From Negaprion brevirostris (taxonomy: Eukaryota), in contig JARDVH010000140.1 in NCBI GenBank assembly GCA_030324005.1, positions 32,398,862 through 32,462,861 on the forward strand: a stretch of DNA of 64,000 nucleotides, written 5' to 3'. Both the position numbers and the translations under genes were made by a program. Below are positions 9,197 through 22,405 of this stretch, piece by piece. The stretch's first letter is position 1. The number at the start of each line of letters is the position of its first letter. The notes beneath the pieces are model-generated. The model was not told the origin of the DNA. It ran no database searches and saw only the letters and a list, made by a program, of their open reading frames with translations.

Positions 9197-10831
9197 ACAA
9201 TTGTATCTCATTCTTGGGTCCGACACTGGCAATTAAGTTCAAATCCAGCCTGAACTGATGAATATCTGCTCAACGTGCAGTCCTTTATTGAACAAGTTCA
9301 AACAATATCAATCTAGTTACTGATGTGCATGGCATTGCTGCACAAAACTGACCCCAATTCAGTACCAACTGCCCAGCTCACTGAGAGGTGAAGGCTAGCT
9401 GGTGTGGGAAGTCGAGAGGTTGTCGGGGAGGCAGGGGCATTGTCCTGTTAGGGCATTTTTATTTTGGACCTCATTGTGCTGTGTTTGATCGGGAAGTGCC
9501 TGATGCTGACACTANNNNNNNNNNAAATTCCTAAAGTGAGTAGAGTTCTTCATTAAATCCTTCACTCTGAATGTGATGAACTAGTCGCTCCTGTCCTGGA
9601 TTTGTTTCCAGTACTAGGAAGTGAAATATTGTTAACATACGCAGTGAGGACTAATTAGACTCCAAGCCCTAAAGATTTGTACTATTTGGATGAAGAGGAT
9701 TGAATGCTTGGTACCGTGCATGCTGATGAAGCTCCTCAGATTGTGACCTGTCGAAGCAGTGTGATAAATTGATGTCAGGTTTGTACAGAATCCTGTGCAT
9801 GATGGCAGATCATCTCTCCGGTTGTAATGTTGCTACCGACACAGAATGTACTGTACAGTTGCAGTGTGGAATCTTGTATTGTTTAGGGGAATGTCGATTT
9901 ATGGCTTATTGTCCTAAGAACAAGATTCTTTCATCATCTCCCTTTGCATCAAAATATAGTACAAGCAGGAGTCTCAACTCCTGTACTCACTGATTGTGTT
10001 TGACTTATGTCTCAGGGAAACCTTGGTACTAATGAGGAGAAAGGTCATCTATATTTCTAACTCCAACGCTTTAGAGATCTTTGTGCTGACATGTGGACAT
10101 TGCTGTGTTTATGTGTGGGCTTTGAACCAGTGCACCATACATCCCATATGGGGCTTGGTCCTTTTTGCTGGAGCCTGGAATTAACCTTTCTTAACTCCTC
10201 CCTGTTCCTGGTGTATTAATGATGCAATTACTATGTCAGTCAATGATTGTTGTCACACATAGCATGCATGATCAAGGATTAAAAAATGAATTTACTGACA
10301 AAATGATCCGAACTAAAAGTGCAGAATTTCCTTGACCACCTCAATTTTCCTTCATGATGTGCTGAATTAATAACCTGTCATGGTGCGTAATAAAAATTGC
10401 ATTTTTAATGAACTACAAGTCCCATGTAAAGATGTTTTAAAATTCTAATTTCACAAATATATTTATTAAATGCTGNNNNNNNNNNNNNNNNNNNNNNNNN
10501 NNNNNNNNNNNNNNNNNNNNNNNNNNNNNNNNNNNNNNNNNNNNNNNNNNNNNNNNNNNNNNNNNNNNNNNNNNNNNNNNNNNNNNNNNNNNNNNNNNNN
10601 NNNNNNNNNNNNNNNNNNNNNNNNNNNNNNNNNNNNNNNNNNNNNNNNNNNNNNNNNNNNNNNNNNNNNNNNNNNNNNNNNNNNNNNNNNNNNNNNNNNN
10701 NNNNNNNNNNNNNNNNNNNNNNNNNNNNNNNNNNNNNNNNNNNNNNNNNNNNNNNNNNNNNNNNNNNNNNNNNNNNNNNNNNNNNNNNNNNNNNNNNNNN
10801 NNNNNNNNNNNNNNNNNNNNNNNNNNNNNNN

Positions 10832-10908
10832 CGGACTGCGTACGCGCCGGGGTGGAGGTTGGTGCGGACTGCGTACGCGCCGGGGTGGAGGTTGGTGCGG
10901 ACTGCGTA
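10832..10908. repeat. CpG-rich 33-bp tandem repeat (GCGGACTGCGTACGCGCCGGGGTGGAGGTTGGT) running into an N gap
   Basis: Two identical copies (the first clipped by the gap) plus a partial third, seen directly. Confidence 0.9.
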
Positions 10909-13900
10909 TCCGTCGGTGGGTGGTTTGGGTTCTGGTGAGGTGTTTGGAATTTGGCAATGATTGTAGATTATCTCAATGTGAGTTTGATGAAATTTATATC
11001 TTGCCAATAAATAGTAGATTGATAAGTTGGTGAGGTGCTCGTGTGGGTTGTATATTGGCCCATTGAGAAGTTGGTTTGGGAGTGGAATGTTAGCAAGGAT
11101 CATCTAGCAGAGAAGTTGAAAGTTTTTGAGGGTTATATCCGCTCAGATGTGGAGTTTGGTGTAGGTGACGTTTTCAAGGTGAGGTGATGGTACCTTTTTT
11201 TCTGGGGTCTGGTGTCAGGCAAATTGTGCTGATATTAAGTGCCTTGTGAAGGAGGGAGCGAAAACGATGCTGACCTTAATAAAAGTGTTCTCTGAGAGTA
11301 GACTTATTCAGACTCTTTTTTTTTATTGGCCTGCCTTTAAATGCAAGATGTTTTATCTCACTTGTGGACTAGTTCTTTGAATAGACAGAGACCACAGCTG
11401 GTGCAGCAGAGAGAATCATTTAAGAATGAAATGCTGCTGGCCTTAATTTTTCAAGGCATTTAAAACTGTATTTACTGGTGCAGTAAATTTCTGTTTGTGG
11501 CAGTGCTATCAACGTTCAGCATACCGTCCTGTTTATTATGAGTTTCTAAAGTGCCGCCACCGTTGAATTAGTGAATGCTTTTTTTTGTAATGTTTGATCT
11601 CAATCTATAAGCAATCCTTTTGTTTCTCCTCCCCACCCAGACTTGGTTACGGAGAAATTCTGGCTGATGCCATTAACACTTTGATTGCTGGTGACCTCTT
11701 TTTCTCCGCTACAACACCAGCCTTTGCCTTTGCGTTAGTTCATGCTGGGTGCTGATTGTAACCTTGGTGGTGTTGCTGAAAAACTGATGCTCCAGTTTGC
11801 TGTGTTTTTACTTTGTCAATGGGTGGTAGTTGGGCTTTACATTCAATGGCTTTTCAAACAGATCAGGATCAAAACCTTCCTGTATGAATATCTGTAATTC
11901 AATTCCTGTGCCAGGGGTTAACCCAGGCTGTTTGTAAAAAGAACATTTCTCTCTGAATGCTAGAAATCTGTTACTTCAGAGGAATGTATTGGACAGAGTG
12001 AGAGCTATGAAACTGATAGGGATCTGTTGTATTTTTAATTCTTTTTAATCTTCATGGCTGACGAAATGAATACATTAAGTAGATGAAAGGCTGGGTTCTG
12101 ACTGAGGAGGTGTTTATTGAGTAGAGAATTGAAGCCCAACCCTAAGTACAGCTAAAACAAGCCAAAAGCAAACATGAGAGATTTGTTTATCTGAGTACTT
12201 CAAAGCGGTTTTCTCTCAGATCACCTGATAACCAGTCCTAAAGTCACACTGACTCTAATAAAGATGAAGATAAAGAACTCTTTATCTCTGATCCACATCT
12301 TTGGAGCCTTGTATACAGTATGGAGCCTGGCTTGGAAAACAGCTAGAAACCCATTAAAAGTGACTAAAAGGCGAAACTAAGAGAGCCCACCTGCGTGTAT
12401 CGTATTCAGTTTGAGCTGTGTGCTGGTCACTCTATCTGCTTGTGGAGCCCGTTTGATCCTGACTGAGTCACCCTGGCTCCAGGTGCATGGATCACAATAC
12501 GACAGGAGGGTTAACGGAGCTCCTAAAAATGGAGCAATTATTCCACTCCCATCCCCACCCCTTTGAAAGCATAGACAACATGTTTTGGNNNNNNNNNNNN
12601 NNNNNNNNNNNNNNNNNNNNNNNNNNNNNNNNNNNNNNNNNNNNNNNNNNNNNNNNNNNNNNNNNNNNNNNNNNNNNNNNNNNNNNNNNNNNNNNNNNNN
12701 NNNNNNNNNNNNNNNNNNNNNNNNNNNNNNNNNNNNNNNNNNNNNNNNNNNNNNACATAGGGGTCAGGAGAGGTCATTAGATGTTGATCAGGGACAGGAG
12801 TCCTGGCTGAATTTTGAGTTTTCAAGTCCAAGGTCACTGAAACCAGATTACTGCCACGGTGGAGATCTGCTAACTCAGCACTTGTGAAGCATTGAAAGCC
12901 GAGAACCCCTTAGTCTGTGTGGTCAGCGTCGTACTGGACAGCATTCATTCTCACGAAGTGAACCAAGACAAGTTCTGAGGTCAATATTCCCATCCTACTG
13001 TTCTATCTGAGTAGTTTGTTTTTTAAAAAATATTTTCCCGATGTTACAACTTCATTTTTGACCCTCCTTTGCATTGCTCTGTTCAGCAGGGCGGATACAC
13101 ATTCACACACGAGATTTCAAATTGTCCAATGGTTATGGTATGGTTGAGACCGGAGTTGTGAACTGGTAAATACAGGGTGACGTTGAACCTCCCTGTTTTG
13201 TGCATTATCTTTGCTGTATTGACTAAGTGAAAGCAGTGTTTTAATTGAACCATTTATATCAGATCCCAGATTCAATTACCACTACTGCACAAGCTGATTT
13301 CAACTAGGACGGCAGTGTTAGAGAGGTCTGTAGAAGCCTCAGCACCTAGGGTCAGGGGGCTAGTGGGAGAGATGTTATTCCTGTTTACCTCTTGTCCCCT
13401 GTCTCCCAAAGTCTGGTAACTATCTAGTAACAGCTGCTAAAAATTCCTTGTGTGGATGTCAGGATTCTGCTCCCTAAGGTTGATTAACCTGAAGAATGTC
13501 CCCTAGCATGAGGTGCTATGGAGCTGAGGCCCCAAAGTCAACTATTTATAAAAACACAAGAGGACAGCGGAAAAACCAAATAAAAGCTGTCAGACAGTGA
13601 CTTCTTGAATACAGGCAAGATTTCACCTTTGGGTTCGTTCTCCCCAACAATTTTGCATATTTTTATCAGTTTCATCTGATGTACCAATAACTAAAATGTC
13701 ATCAGTTGGATCTGGGGCTGGCGGTGAGATCAAAGTCTCTTGAACTTTTTTTCTCTCTCAAAACACCAATAATGAGCAGACAATTCCGCCAACACAGACA
13801 TTCAGGAAAAGATCTAATCAATAATTAGTCCAAGACACATTTCCACAGACCTGCCTATCTTCAAGCTACTGGGAGTAAATACTTTCACAAGTTCCCCTTT

Positions 13901-14589
13901 GATTTTTAAAAAAATGCAGAATCACTTCACTACTGATGGAAATGTTTAACCAGGCTCTTGAGTTGAATGAACTTCCTGAGACGTTAAGATCAGCGTAAAT
14001 CACAGAGCTCTTTTAGAAGAGCAAAAATCCACTTCTAAGTGAAATGATGGGATAAGTTCTGTTATCAGCTGCAACTACGAGATAGTTAAATGCTGCTACT
14101 TACCTCAAAGGGATCTTATCCTGTTTGATTCATGAAGACAAACTGGATTTTGTGAAAGGGAGGCTGTCCCATTTACAACTGTTGCTGGTTTGTAGCCTTA
14201 TTGCAGGTGTAGACAGGCCTGGTACACTTGCTGTGAGGGTAGCATGTTTGCTGATATTGAGCGGTGGATTCTGGACTTTGGACACAGCCTTCTGAATCCC
14301 AGGTGCCTGCACTTAGCCAATTTATGACACATCTTTCCTGTTGTGGGCAGCGGATGTTCCCATGTACCAGCTCGATGATTAATGACCCCACTGGCCAATC
14401 AATTGAGTCAGAATCACTGAAAATGTTGAGTATTGAGCAAGACCTTCAAGAGTTGTGAAGGATTTCAGATTCTACTGGCATAAAGAAATACAAATGAGCA
14501 TTTTGCACTTGCTGGAGTTTCATTTGCAGTGTTCCATGTCATCATTGTTTTTACAGTATTTTGCAGCATCAAAGGAGGAAATTCAGGGA

Positions 14590-14960
14590 AAAGGCTGATG
14601 CCGGAATGTAGAGGTTTGAATTATGAGAAATTATTGAACNNNNNNNNNNNNNNNNNATACTAATTACTTTTTAATAAGTAATAGACATCAGTGGAGGTGG
14701 AGGAATTTAATGAACATCCTTCAACAGTTCCATGAGTACAGAGGATCTGGATCCAGCCAAGTTATTTCATGAGGTGGCAGATCTGAAGATGCTTTTTAAA
14801 ATTGAAGTTGTTGACAGAAATGAAGGCCACTTTTTGCTTTCTGCTTTTAAAAAAAAGGATTCCACGACTGTGGAGCAGATTGTGACGAGATGGACAATCA
14901 GAACAGTTCAAAGGAGTAAATTTCTCTCCCGGAATGGAATATAGAGCTACAGCTTCAAAA
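14590..14960 (+). mobile_element. Highly degraded CR1-like 3' fragment
   Basis: gctgatgccggaatgtagaggtttgaattatgagaaattattg resembles the CR1 'L(I)PGMxGLxYEERL' region; later gatccagccaagttattt. Confidence 0.45.
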
Positions 14961-16409
14961 TGACATTGAGGAGCATGGTGGGTGGTTTGGAACAATAATC
15001 TAGGTTGACCTGTGGTCTTTACCAGCACACAGTTGCACAGCAAGCTCTACTAACCCCAGGGAAAAGGTGTAGAGTGAAAAATAAGAAGCAAGGAAGAGGA
15101 GCCAGGTCATATGGAGGTGAGCCAAGCTGGACTGGTGCCCAGAGAAAAGGGAAGGGCAGCAGATAAAAGCCCTACGGTATTGTCCTTTTTTATGTTAAGT
15201 TTAGATTGTGTTCTGCCCACTGGCGCACTTGAGTAATGATTTGAAAACACTTCATTGTCCAACACTTGGCGTTCAAAATGTATTAATGATGATTGGTGAC
15301 TGTGTAAATACTGGCTATGAGAAAGTTGTTCTGTTACAAGTTTCTTGTGGAAACGTATCTACTCTGCATCCTCTGCCGTTGTTCCTAATTTGGGGTGAGC
15401 GCCAACTTAAAATCTTATCACAACATAACACAAGAATGGCTCCATCTTGACCTGTATTATGATTGAATGACATGATTGGGGTGGGGGGGGGGCCGGGGTC
15501 AGGTGTGGAAGAATCCCAGAAGGATGGGATTCTGAGACAATTTATTGCGAAACTGTGTGGCTGAGACAAATCGTTTGGGGCTCAGCTTTTTGCATTCTGG
15601 AAAATGCTCTTTCCTTATTCCACATCTTGAGAAAGGAAATATTATGTGTGTAGATAATACTCAAATGGTTGCATCTTTTAACATTGCTTGTATTCAGAGG
15701 GAAAGAAAATGGACCTCCTTTAGGCGGTCACTGCAGTGCAATTGGGGAATTAGCTTGGAGATCTGCAAGTAGGCAGTGGGGGGTTAGGTGGGTAGGAACG
15801 AGAGACAGAGGCAGTCTGCTCTGGTGGAAGTTATACTTCACATTCTTAATGTGTAAATGTTTAGTTGCTGTATGATGCTGGTATCCTCTGATGTGATTAG
15901 TGTAAGATCTTTTCCTCAAAATGTTTTACTTCAAAACAAGCTAAGATTCTACATGATACAATAACAAACTATTCAGCTCATTTCAACATAAATAATCAAA
16001 CTAACCCCCTCCCCTCAAAGAAGAGCCATGAAAAACTCATCCACAGTCAGTAGGAAACTATGCAGGAGAGGAGGAAGTACTGCTTCTGGAATATGTTTAC
16101 ATATTAGAGAAAATTCTCCAGAATGTTTGTGCAGTACAGACTGGACACCGTGTTTCTCATGCATACAGAATGTGAAGCTGACTGCTCCCAGCACCAGAAG
16201 GGATCAGGCACTCTAGCTGGAAGGGTGGATTTGACATTTCTTACCGGAGAGCCGCCTTCAGTTGCTTGTTAAAGGGGAAAGGAACTAATTAAGATGCCCA
16301 TGACTGTTGCAGAAAACAAGTGGCTCCCAAAAAAATAGTCTCTTCCTCCAGTTAAGCATTGGGCAGAACAAAGCCGTTATCCTTTGTCCCTGCCACAAGC
16401 TGTGTCGTG

Positions 16410-16558
16410 TAACAGAAACAGAAAGTGCTGGAAAATCTCAGCAAGTCTGACAGCATCTGTGTGGGGAGAGAATAGTGCCAACGTTTCGATTCCAGATTAC
16501 ATGACCCTTCGTTCCAACATTGTTTCAGATTCCAGCATCTGCAGTACTTTGCTTTTGT
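16410..16558. mobile_element. Penelope-like terminal-repeat fragment (inverted arrangement) with degenerate hammerhead remnant
   Basis: aacagaaagtgctggaaaatctcagcaagtctgacagcatctgtg...aacgtttcga...gacccttcg, then ttgtttcagattccagcatctgcag. Same family as 25624-25735 and the tail of the GIY-YIG element at 54770-55700. Confidence 0.6.
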
Positions 16559-16669
16559 CTGTGTCATGTCATCAATGATTATGTTAGAACCAAAGAATTC
16601 CTGAAGTGGAATTTGGCCCATGAAGTCTGCATTGACTCACCTATTTTACCCTGTGCCCTATCCCCTGCA

Positions 16670-16900
16670 CATTTTACCATGGCTAATCCACCTACCTTAC
16701 ACATCTTTGGACAGTAAGGGGCAATTTAACATCGCCAATCTATCTAACTTGCGCAACTTTGCACTGAGAGAGCACCCGAAGGAAACCCATGCAGATATGG
16801 GGAGAAGGTGCAAACTCTACAGAGTCATCCAAGGCTGGAATCGAACCTGGGTCACTGACGTTGTGAGGCAGCAATGCTAACCAGTGCTCCATCATGCTAC
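16670..16900 (-). mobile_element. HE1-like V-SINE, degraded
   Basis: ggaatcgaacc (reverse-complement B box) and gcagcaatgctaaccagtg (reverse-complement A box), with the V-domain-like body gcacccgaaggaaacccatgcaga. Confidence 0.75.
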
Positions 16901-17454
16901 CCAGGAGCGAAGGATTTGTGCCTCCATCTCAGGTGGAAACTCTTTTGTCATCTCCCAGACTGCTCCTGGTTGGTTTCATATTCATCATAAAATTAGTTCA
17001 ACCAAAACTTTGCTGTTCATGTTCTGCAAAACTTTTCCATCTCATCCATCCTCTCAATCTGCACTTATTCCTGATCAGTTTGTGCCTCGAAGTTAAAATG
17101 TTCATTCTTATATTCCAATTCCTTTCCATTACCTCCTCCAGTATCTTAGGACATTTTCAATGGTAAAGGTGTTTGGCCCTAGGAATGTCAGTAAAAATAT
17201 AACAACTTTCAACATTTCACTGAAATTGATAAGCAGTGACTAAATATCCCATTATCTTGTACGTTCTGCACAGAAACATGCAGCATCTGAACCACTGGGA
17301 TTTCGGTCTGATGTATAAGGTTACAAGTACATTTCTTGAACCAATGTATTTCATACCTCTTGAGCAGAAAGATGTGACCCTTTTTGAAAGATAAGTCAGC
17401 TCTGTCATCAACACCTCTCTTCACCACTCCACAGCCTCTGATTTGTAATGCTGC

Positions 17455-17900
17455 TTCTCATGAGCTCATCCAAAACTGTGCTACCTGTACTCTAACTCAT
17501 AACAATTTCATTCATCCATTATCCCAGTGCAGGCTGATCTAAATTGACCACTGGTTTGGCAATGCCTTGACATTAACATTTTCAGCCCTATTTTCAAATC
17601 TCTCCTGACCTTGTGCTTTCCTATCTCTGCAACCTGCTGTGAGATCACTATGTTCCTCCAATTCTAGCCTCTTGTTTATCACTGATTTTCTTTGCTGGCC
17701 ATACTTTCAGCTGTCACAATTCTAAGCTCTAACTTCTTCCTATACTCCTCTGCCTCCTTTTTAGATTTTGTTTTAAATCTATATATTTGAACTTTTGGTC
17801 TCCTATCCAAATATCTCTTTACATGGCTGTGATGATAACACTCTTGTGAATTGCCTTTGGGCTTGTTATGATGTTAAAGGTGTTGTTTAAATGCCAAATA
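17455..17900 (+). mobile_element. L2-clade LINE 3' fragment
   Basis: ELIQNCATCTLT...ADLN resembles the L2 C-terminal 'LIQNSAAR...ADLHWL'; L2-like tail gtgaattgcctttggg...gttaaaggtgttg. Confidence 0.65.
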
Positions 17901-20185
17901 TTGTGTTGCTGCCTCACTGCATCTCTGTCCAAAGTGTTAGTATAGTTTGAAGTAGCTTGTTCAGCCTTGCCTCGTTAAGCCTGGAGACCTGGTTTGAAGT
18001 GTTTCCCTATCTCCAATTGTTTAAACTCCCCCAAGAAAGTAGGTGTCATTCTACCTGGTGCTGTATGCATCTTAAACAGCATAGATTGTATTACATGGAT
18101 GTTAAGCTAAGTTTTGTCTTGCTGCGTGCCTATAGTGAAGCTGCTTTCACTGATAAGTTGAAACCCACTTTGTTTAAGCAAAGGAGGCAACCTTGCAGTC
18201 ACGTCAAGCATTATTCAGCCAGTGCTGCGGCTAGTGCATTTTGAGGAGTATATGTAGCTGGATAACATGTATGTGGTTCCTGCTTTCAGCAAACGTTGTG
18301 TTGTGATGGTTTAGGATTGAACTTCAACATGGATTTGGATTTTGGCAAATCAGTTTTCAAAGCAGGTGATAGATCCCGTTCAAAAAGCTCACAATATTTA
18401 TGATGAATGCAGAACGTCTGTACGAATGAAGAGCAAAATGAGACCGTGCCATTTTACCCATGGATCCTGTCTCTCCTGTAGATCATGCAGAATCAAAGCA
18501 CTTGTAAATCCATGCAGCACATTTTTCCTCAAGGTTATCTTACAACCATTTCAGAAATGGCAATGAGTCCAGGAGTCTCCCTGTGCAACTGAGTCCAAAA
18601 CATCTTCATCAATCATACTTGAACCCCCTCAGTGCAACAATGCCCTTTTGAAGATGGGGCACTGACTTGGAATGAAGCTAAAGTCTGATTTGTGTGGAAT
18701 GCCCCTAATAATGTAGTGACACTTGAACATATTTGGATTTTCACATGTGAAACTGCCTAAAGCTACATGCAGCCTCTTTGGACATTCCTTTCCAAATGTC
18801 ATGTAGGGTATGAGTCATTTGCAACATCTTAATTTCTGATTTGATTTTCCCTTTTTTCATTGCTGTCGCTGATACTTAGGATTGTGGTTTATGCTTTTCA
18901 ATATCATTGTTATTTCTGCTTTTTCCTCTTTTTATATAGATGGCTTACATACTCAAGTTTATTTTGACTGTTTGGATTTTTTATCTAAGTCAATTGGGGN
19001 NNNNNNNNNNNNNNNNNNNNNNNNNNNNNNNNNNNNNNNNNNNNNNNNNNNNNNNNNNNNNNNNNNNNNNNNNNNNNNNNNNNNNNNNNNNNNNNNNNNC
19101 TAAGTCACTTGGGGTCAAAGCTTATCTTCTCCCCATGAACCACCCTCACCTCTTGCATACCCCCAACCATTCCTCAAAATGTAGCTTCCTTAAGAAAGCA
19201 AGTATGGCGTTCTTTTAGCTTGTTCTCCTTGACTCTGACCATCCGTTGTTCATAATGATGCCCTGAGAGAGGTTTGATGCTGTTAAATTCTGTTGACACT
19301 GTTCCCCTTCAGCATGGTTGGAATTATGGCTCGGGTGGAGAGCTATTTGTCGTTGTTCACTAACTCCATGTAACTGGTTAATAATGAGTGTGTTTGGATT
19401 ATCTCTTCCTGTTCCTGAAATCCCCAGTCCTGGTTTCCTGCCATCACTGAAAAACCTGTTTACACTTAAAATACCAACTTAATTCATATCCAGATGATCC
19501 AAATAAAATCTTCAAATTTGGATGGAACTTTTATTTAAAACTCGTTGATTTGTGTATTGGTGGGTTGTCGACTTTTGTGAACTGATGTTCTTCACAATTT
19601 CCATCGTATTACGCACACAAGTAATTTGAATGACAACAGATATCGAATGCGTCAGCGTCTGCCTTGGGGCTGTCATAGGTGGAGAGTGTATATTGTGGTG
19701 GTGGTGTGGTTTAGAAGTGGGCAATGCCTGGTTCCAAACTGGAAAGAAGCAGGCAATCTGAGGCTGGAGTATTCCTGTTTTAATTAATTTGCTGCCAGTT
19801 TTTCTATGAATTGCACTTGATTCCAAGCTTACTGGCTTAGGGCATCAACTTAAAGAGCAGTCCAAGTCTGAAGTACTTTGGTCTGTATGTTATTATTTCT
19901 GCTTTTTTTAGAAACATAATTCCATTCCATACTTCGTTAATATTTGTTTTCTCCCTCTGTGGTAATGGACGTGTGTCCGCTGTGTTCCCTGGCTCACTAT
20001 CGGTGCAGTATGCTCAGATTTGGGTTTTGACGGATGACCGAGCAGATTTCCCAGACTTGGCAACAGCCAATTCAGTACAAGTGGATGAGGTAGCTCATTC
20101 ATTTGGTGGCCAGTGATTAAATATGTTCACTGGGGAATATGTGTAACTGGACAATGGTTAACCCAATCCGTATTTGGTGATATCG

Positions 20186-20331
20186 TAGAATCATAGAACC
20201 CTACAGTGCAGAAAGAGGCCCTTTTGGCCCATCGAGTCTGCACTGAACACAATCCCACCCAGGCCGTATCCCCATATCCTACCCACAAATCCCTCTAACA
20301 TATGCATCTAGGAACACTAAGGGGCAATTTT
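20186..20331 (-). mobile_element. HE1-like SINE 3' portion (CR1-derived tail)
   Basis: tagaatcatagaaccctacagtgcagaaagaggcc...cccatcgagtctgcac is the reverse complement of the tail of the copy at 40487-40820. Confidence 0.8.
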
Positions 20332-21602
20332 TTAGATATGTACTTTTTCAAAGAGGAACTAGAATGTTTTTGCACATTATATATTCTACAGGTAGCTGGC
20401 ACTCTGGGGATAGGAATGAAATGCTTATTTAGAAAGGGACTGGATTCCCACCTGTATTCAACAATTGCCAAACTTCATTCATATAGTAATTTTAACAGCT
20501 TATTTTTTAAAAAAAAGGCCCTGAGTTGCTTCATCAATGGGAATGGACAAGTATATGGAAAAGTATGTGGACACCATTAAGTGGAGGGAGAAGCTAAAAA
20601 TGTGGTTGAAAAAAGGGAGCAGTGGAGACGTCGAAGGATTGGAGAGTTACAGAGAATTGTTCAAACCACCCTTCTCAGTGGGGAGATGCAGTAAAGACCA
20701 AAGTCAATGGTTTGAAAGTTGAATAAGGGAAGGTGAAGCTGCAGGGGAGACCCATGTAAATTCAAATGCATTAGCTCAGCTTAAAACACACTCTACAGTA
20801 AGTACTTATCCTGTGCTGCCAGCTAACAATTTAAAGACTTTGTTAGACAAATTGGCACCCTGCAAAACTGATCTGAATTCTAAACATACCCCTTATAAGA
20901 AACATGATATACATATGTCTCTCAAAGGTACAGTATCATCATCAGAAGGCAGGCAGTTGGAATAATTGGAGTTAAAGATAACAAACACATGTCTGAAGGT
21001 CTTAGTGACAGAAGAATTGAAGTAAGGTTGAGTCCTTCGGGAATTTCAGAATTGACATTACAGGGTTAGGAAGAGAAGCCATTGTCTACGTTTGGATAGG
21101 TTGAAGTTGAAGCATTCAACAGCAATCCCATGGAGTTGGACAGCAAAGGAGCAACATTGGAGGAGGATAATGACACCAACACTGGGGGAGGATGATGCTA
21201 TCAGCTGTTCAGATGTTGTATAGTGACTGAAGGAAATCTGAAGGCCTTCCACACTCAAAGGGTTGTGATATTGGTGAGGGTACACTGGTGCTTTATGGAG
21301 AGTTTTGAACAGTAGTTCAATAACTGGACAAGTGGCAATGGCATNNNNNNNNNNNNNNNNNNNNNNCTGGGGTGCAGCAGGATTTGAGTCTGCACCCAAA
21401 TGTGTCAGAAATCCAGTGATTGGGATTGAAGTTATTGAGTTTATTCCACCAGCATTGTTAGTGTGTCTTGAGTGTTCAATTTAATTCATCTCATTTTTAA
21501 TCACTGGGTGACTCGGTGAAATTTTTTTTACACAAATATTTTGATCAGAATTGTACCGTTCCAACATTTATACATTTATGCAGAATCCAGATACTATGTA
21601 CT

Positions 21603-22405
21603 TATTTTGATTTATTATTGTCATATGCATTGGTAGACAGTGAAAAGTATTATTTCTAATGTGCTGTACAGACAAAGCATACAGTTCATAGAAAAGGAAA
21701 GAAGAGAATGCACAATGTGGTGGTACAGTCATTGCCAGGGTGTAGATCAACTTAATGTGAGGTAGATCCATTCAAAAATCTGATGTCAGCAGGGAAGAAA
21801 CTGTTCTTGAGTCGCTTGATACGTGACCTCAGATTTTTTATTCTTTTTTCTGATGGGAGAAGGTAGACGAGTATGTGTTCAGGGTGCTTGGGGTCATTAA
21901 TTATGCTGGCTGCTTTTCTGAGGCAGTGGGAAGTGTGGACAATGTCAGTGGATTGAAGGCTGGTTTGAGTGATGAACTGGGCTTCGTTCACAACCCTAGT
22001 AGTTTCTTGCAATCTTGGGCAGAGCAGGAGCCATACCAAGCTGTGATACAACCAAAAAGAATGCCAGAAGATATGAACCAGAGCCAGAAAGATATGGTGC
22101 ATCTGTAAAAGTTGGTGAGACATGCCAAATTTACTTAGTCTTCTGAGAAAGTAGAAGCATTGGTGGGTTTTCTTAACTATAGTGTTGGCATGGGGGAACC
22201 AGGGNNNNNNNNNNNNNNNNNNNNNNNNNNNNNNNNNNNNNNNNNNNNNNNNNNNNNNNNNNNNNNNNNNNNNNNNNNNNNNNNNNNNNNNNNNNNNNNN
22301 NNNNTGGTGGGTTTTCTTAACTATAGTGTTGGCATGGGGGAACCAGGGTAGGTTGATGGTAATCTGGACACCTAGAAACTTGAAGCTCTGAACCATTTCT
22401 ACTTT
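21603..22405 (-). mobile_element. Rex1/Babar-clade LINE 3' region
   Basis: SFKFLGVQIT..W..H.NTIVKK.HQ..YFLRRL.KFGMS and IINDPKHP.H...LLPS.KR...RLKNSFFP..IR.LN are typical Rex1 ORF C-terminal motifs; 3' tail ...tgacaataataaatcaaa. Confidence 0.85.

Noticed and set aside
10832-10908. CRISPR-like 33-bp repeat
   Set aside because: Copies are directly adjacent with no spacers, there are no cas genes, and the context is vertebrate.
10920-11195. Mitochondrial insertion (NUMT), suggested by strand skew and a TGA in the open frame
   Set aside because: The translation resembles no mitochondrial protein I recognise, and the frame also contains TAG and AGA.
22161-22348. 44-bp direct repeat flanking a 100-N gap
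   Set aside because: Identical sequence on both sides of a placeholder gap indicates unmerged overlapping contig ends.
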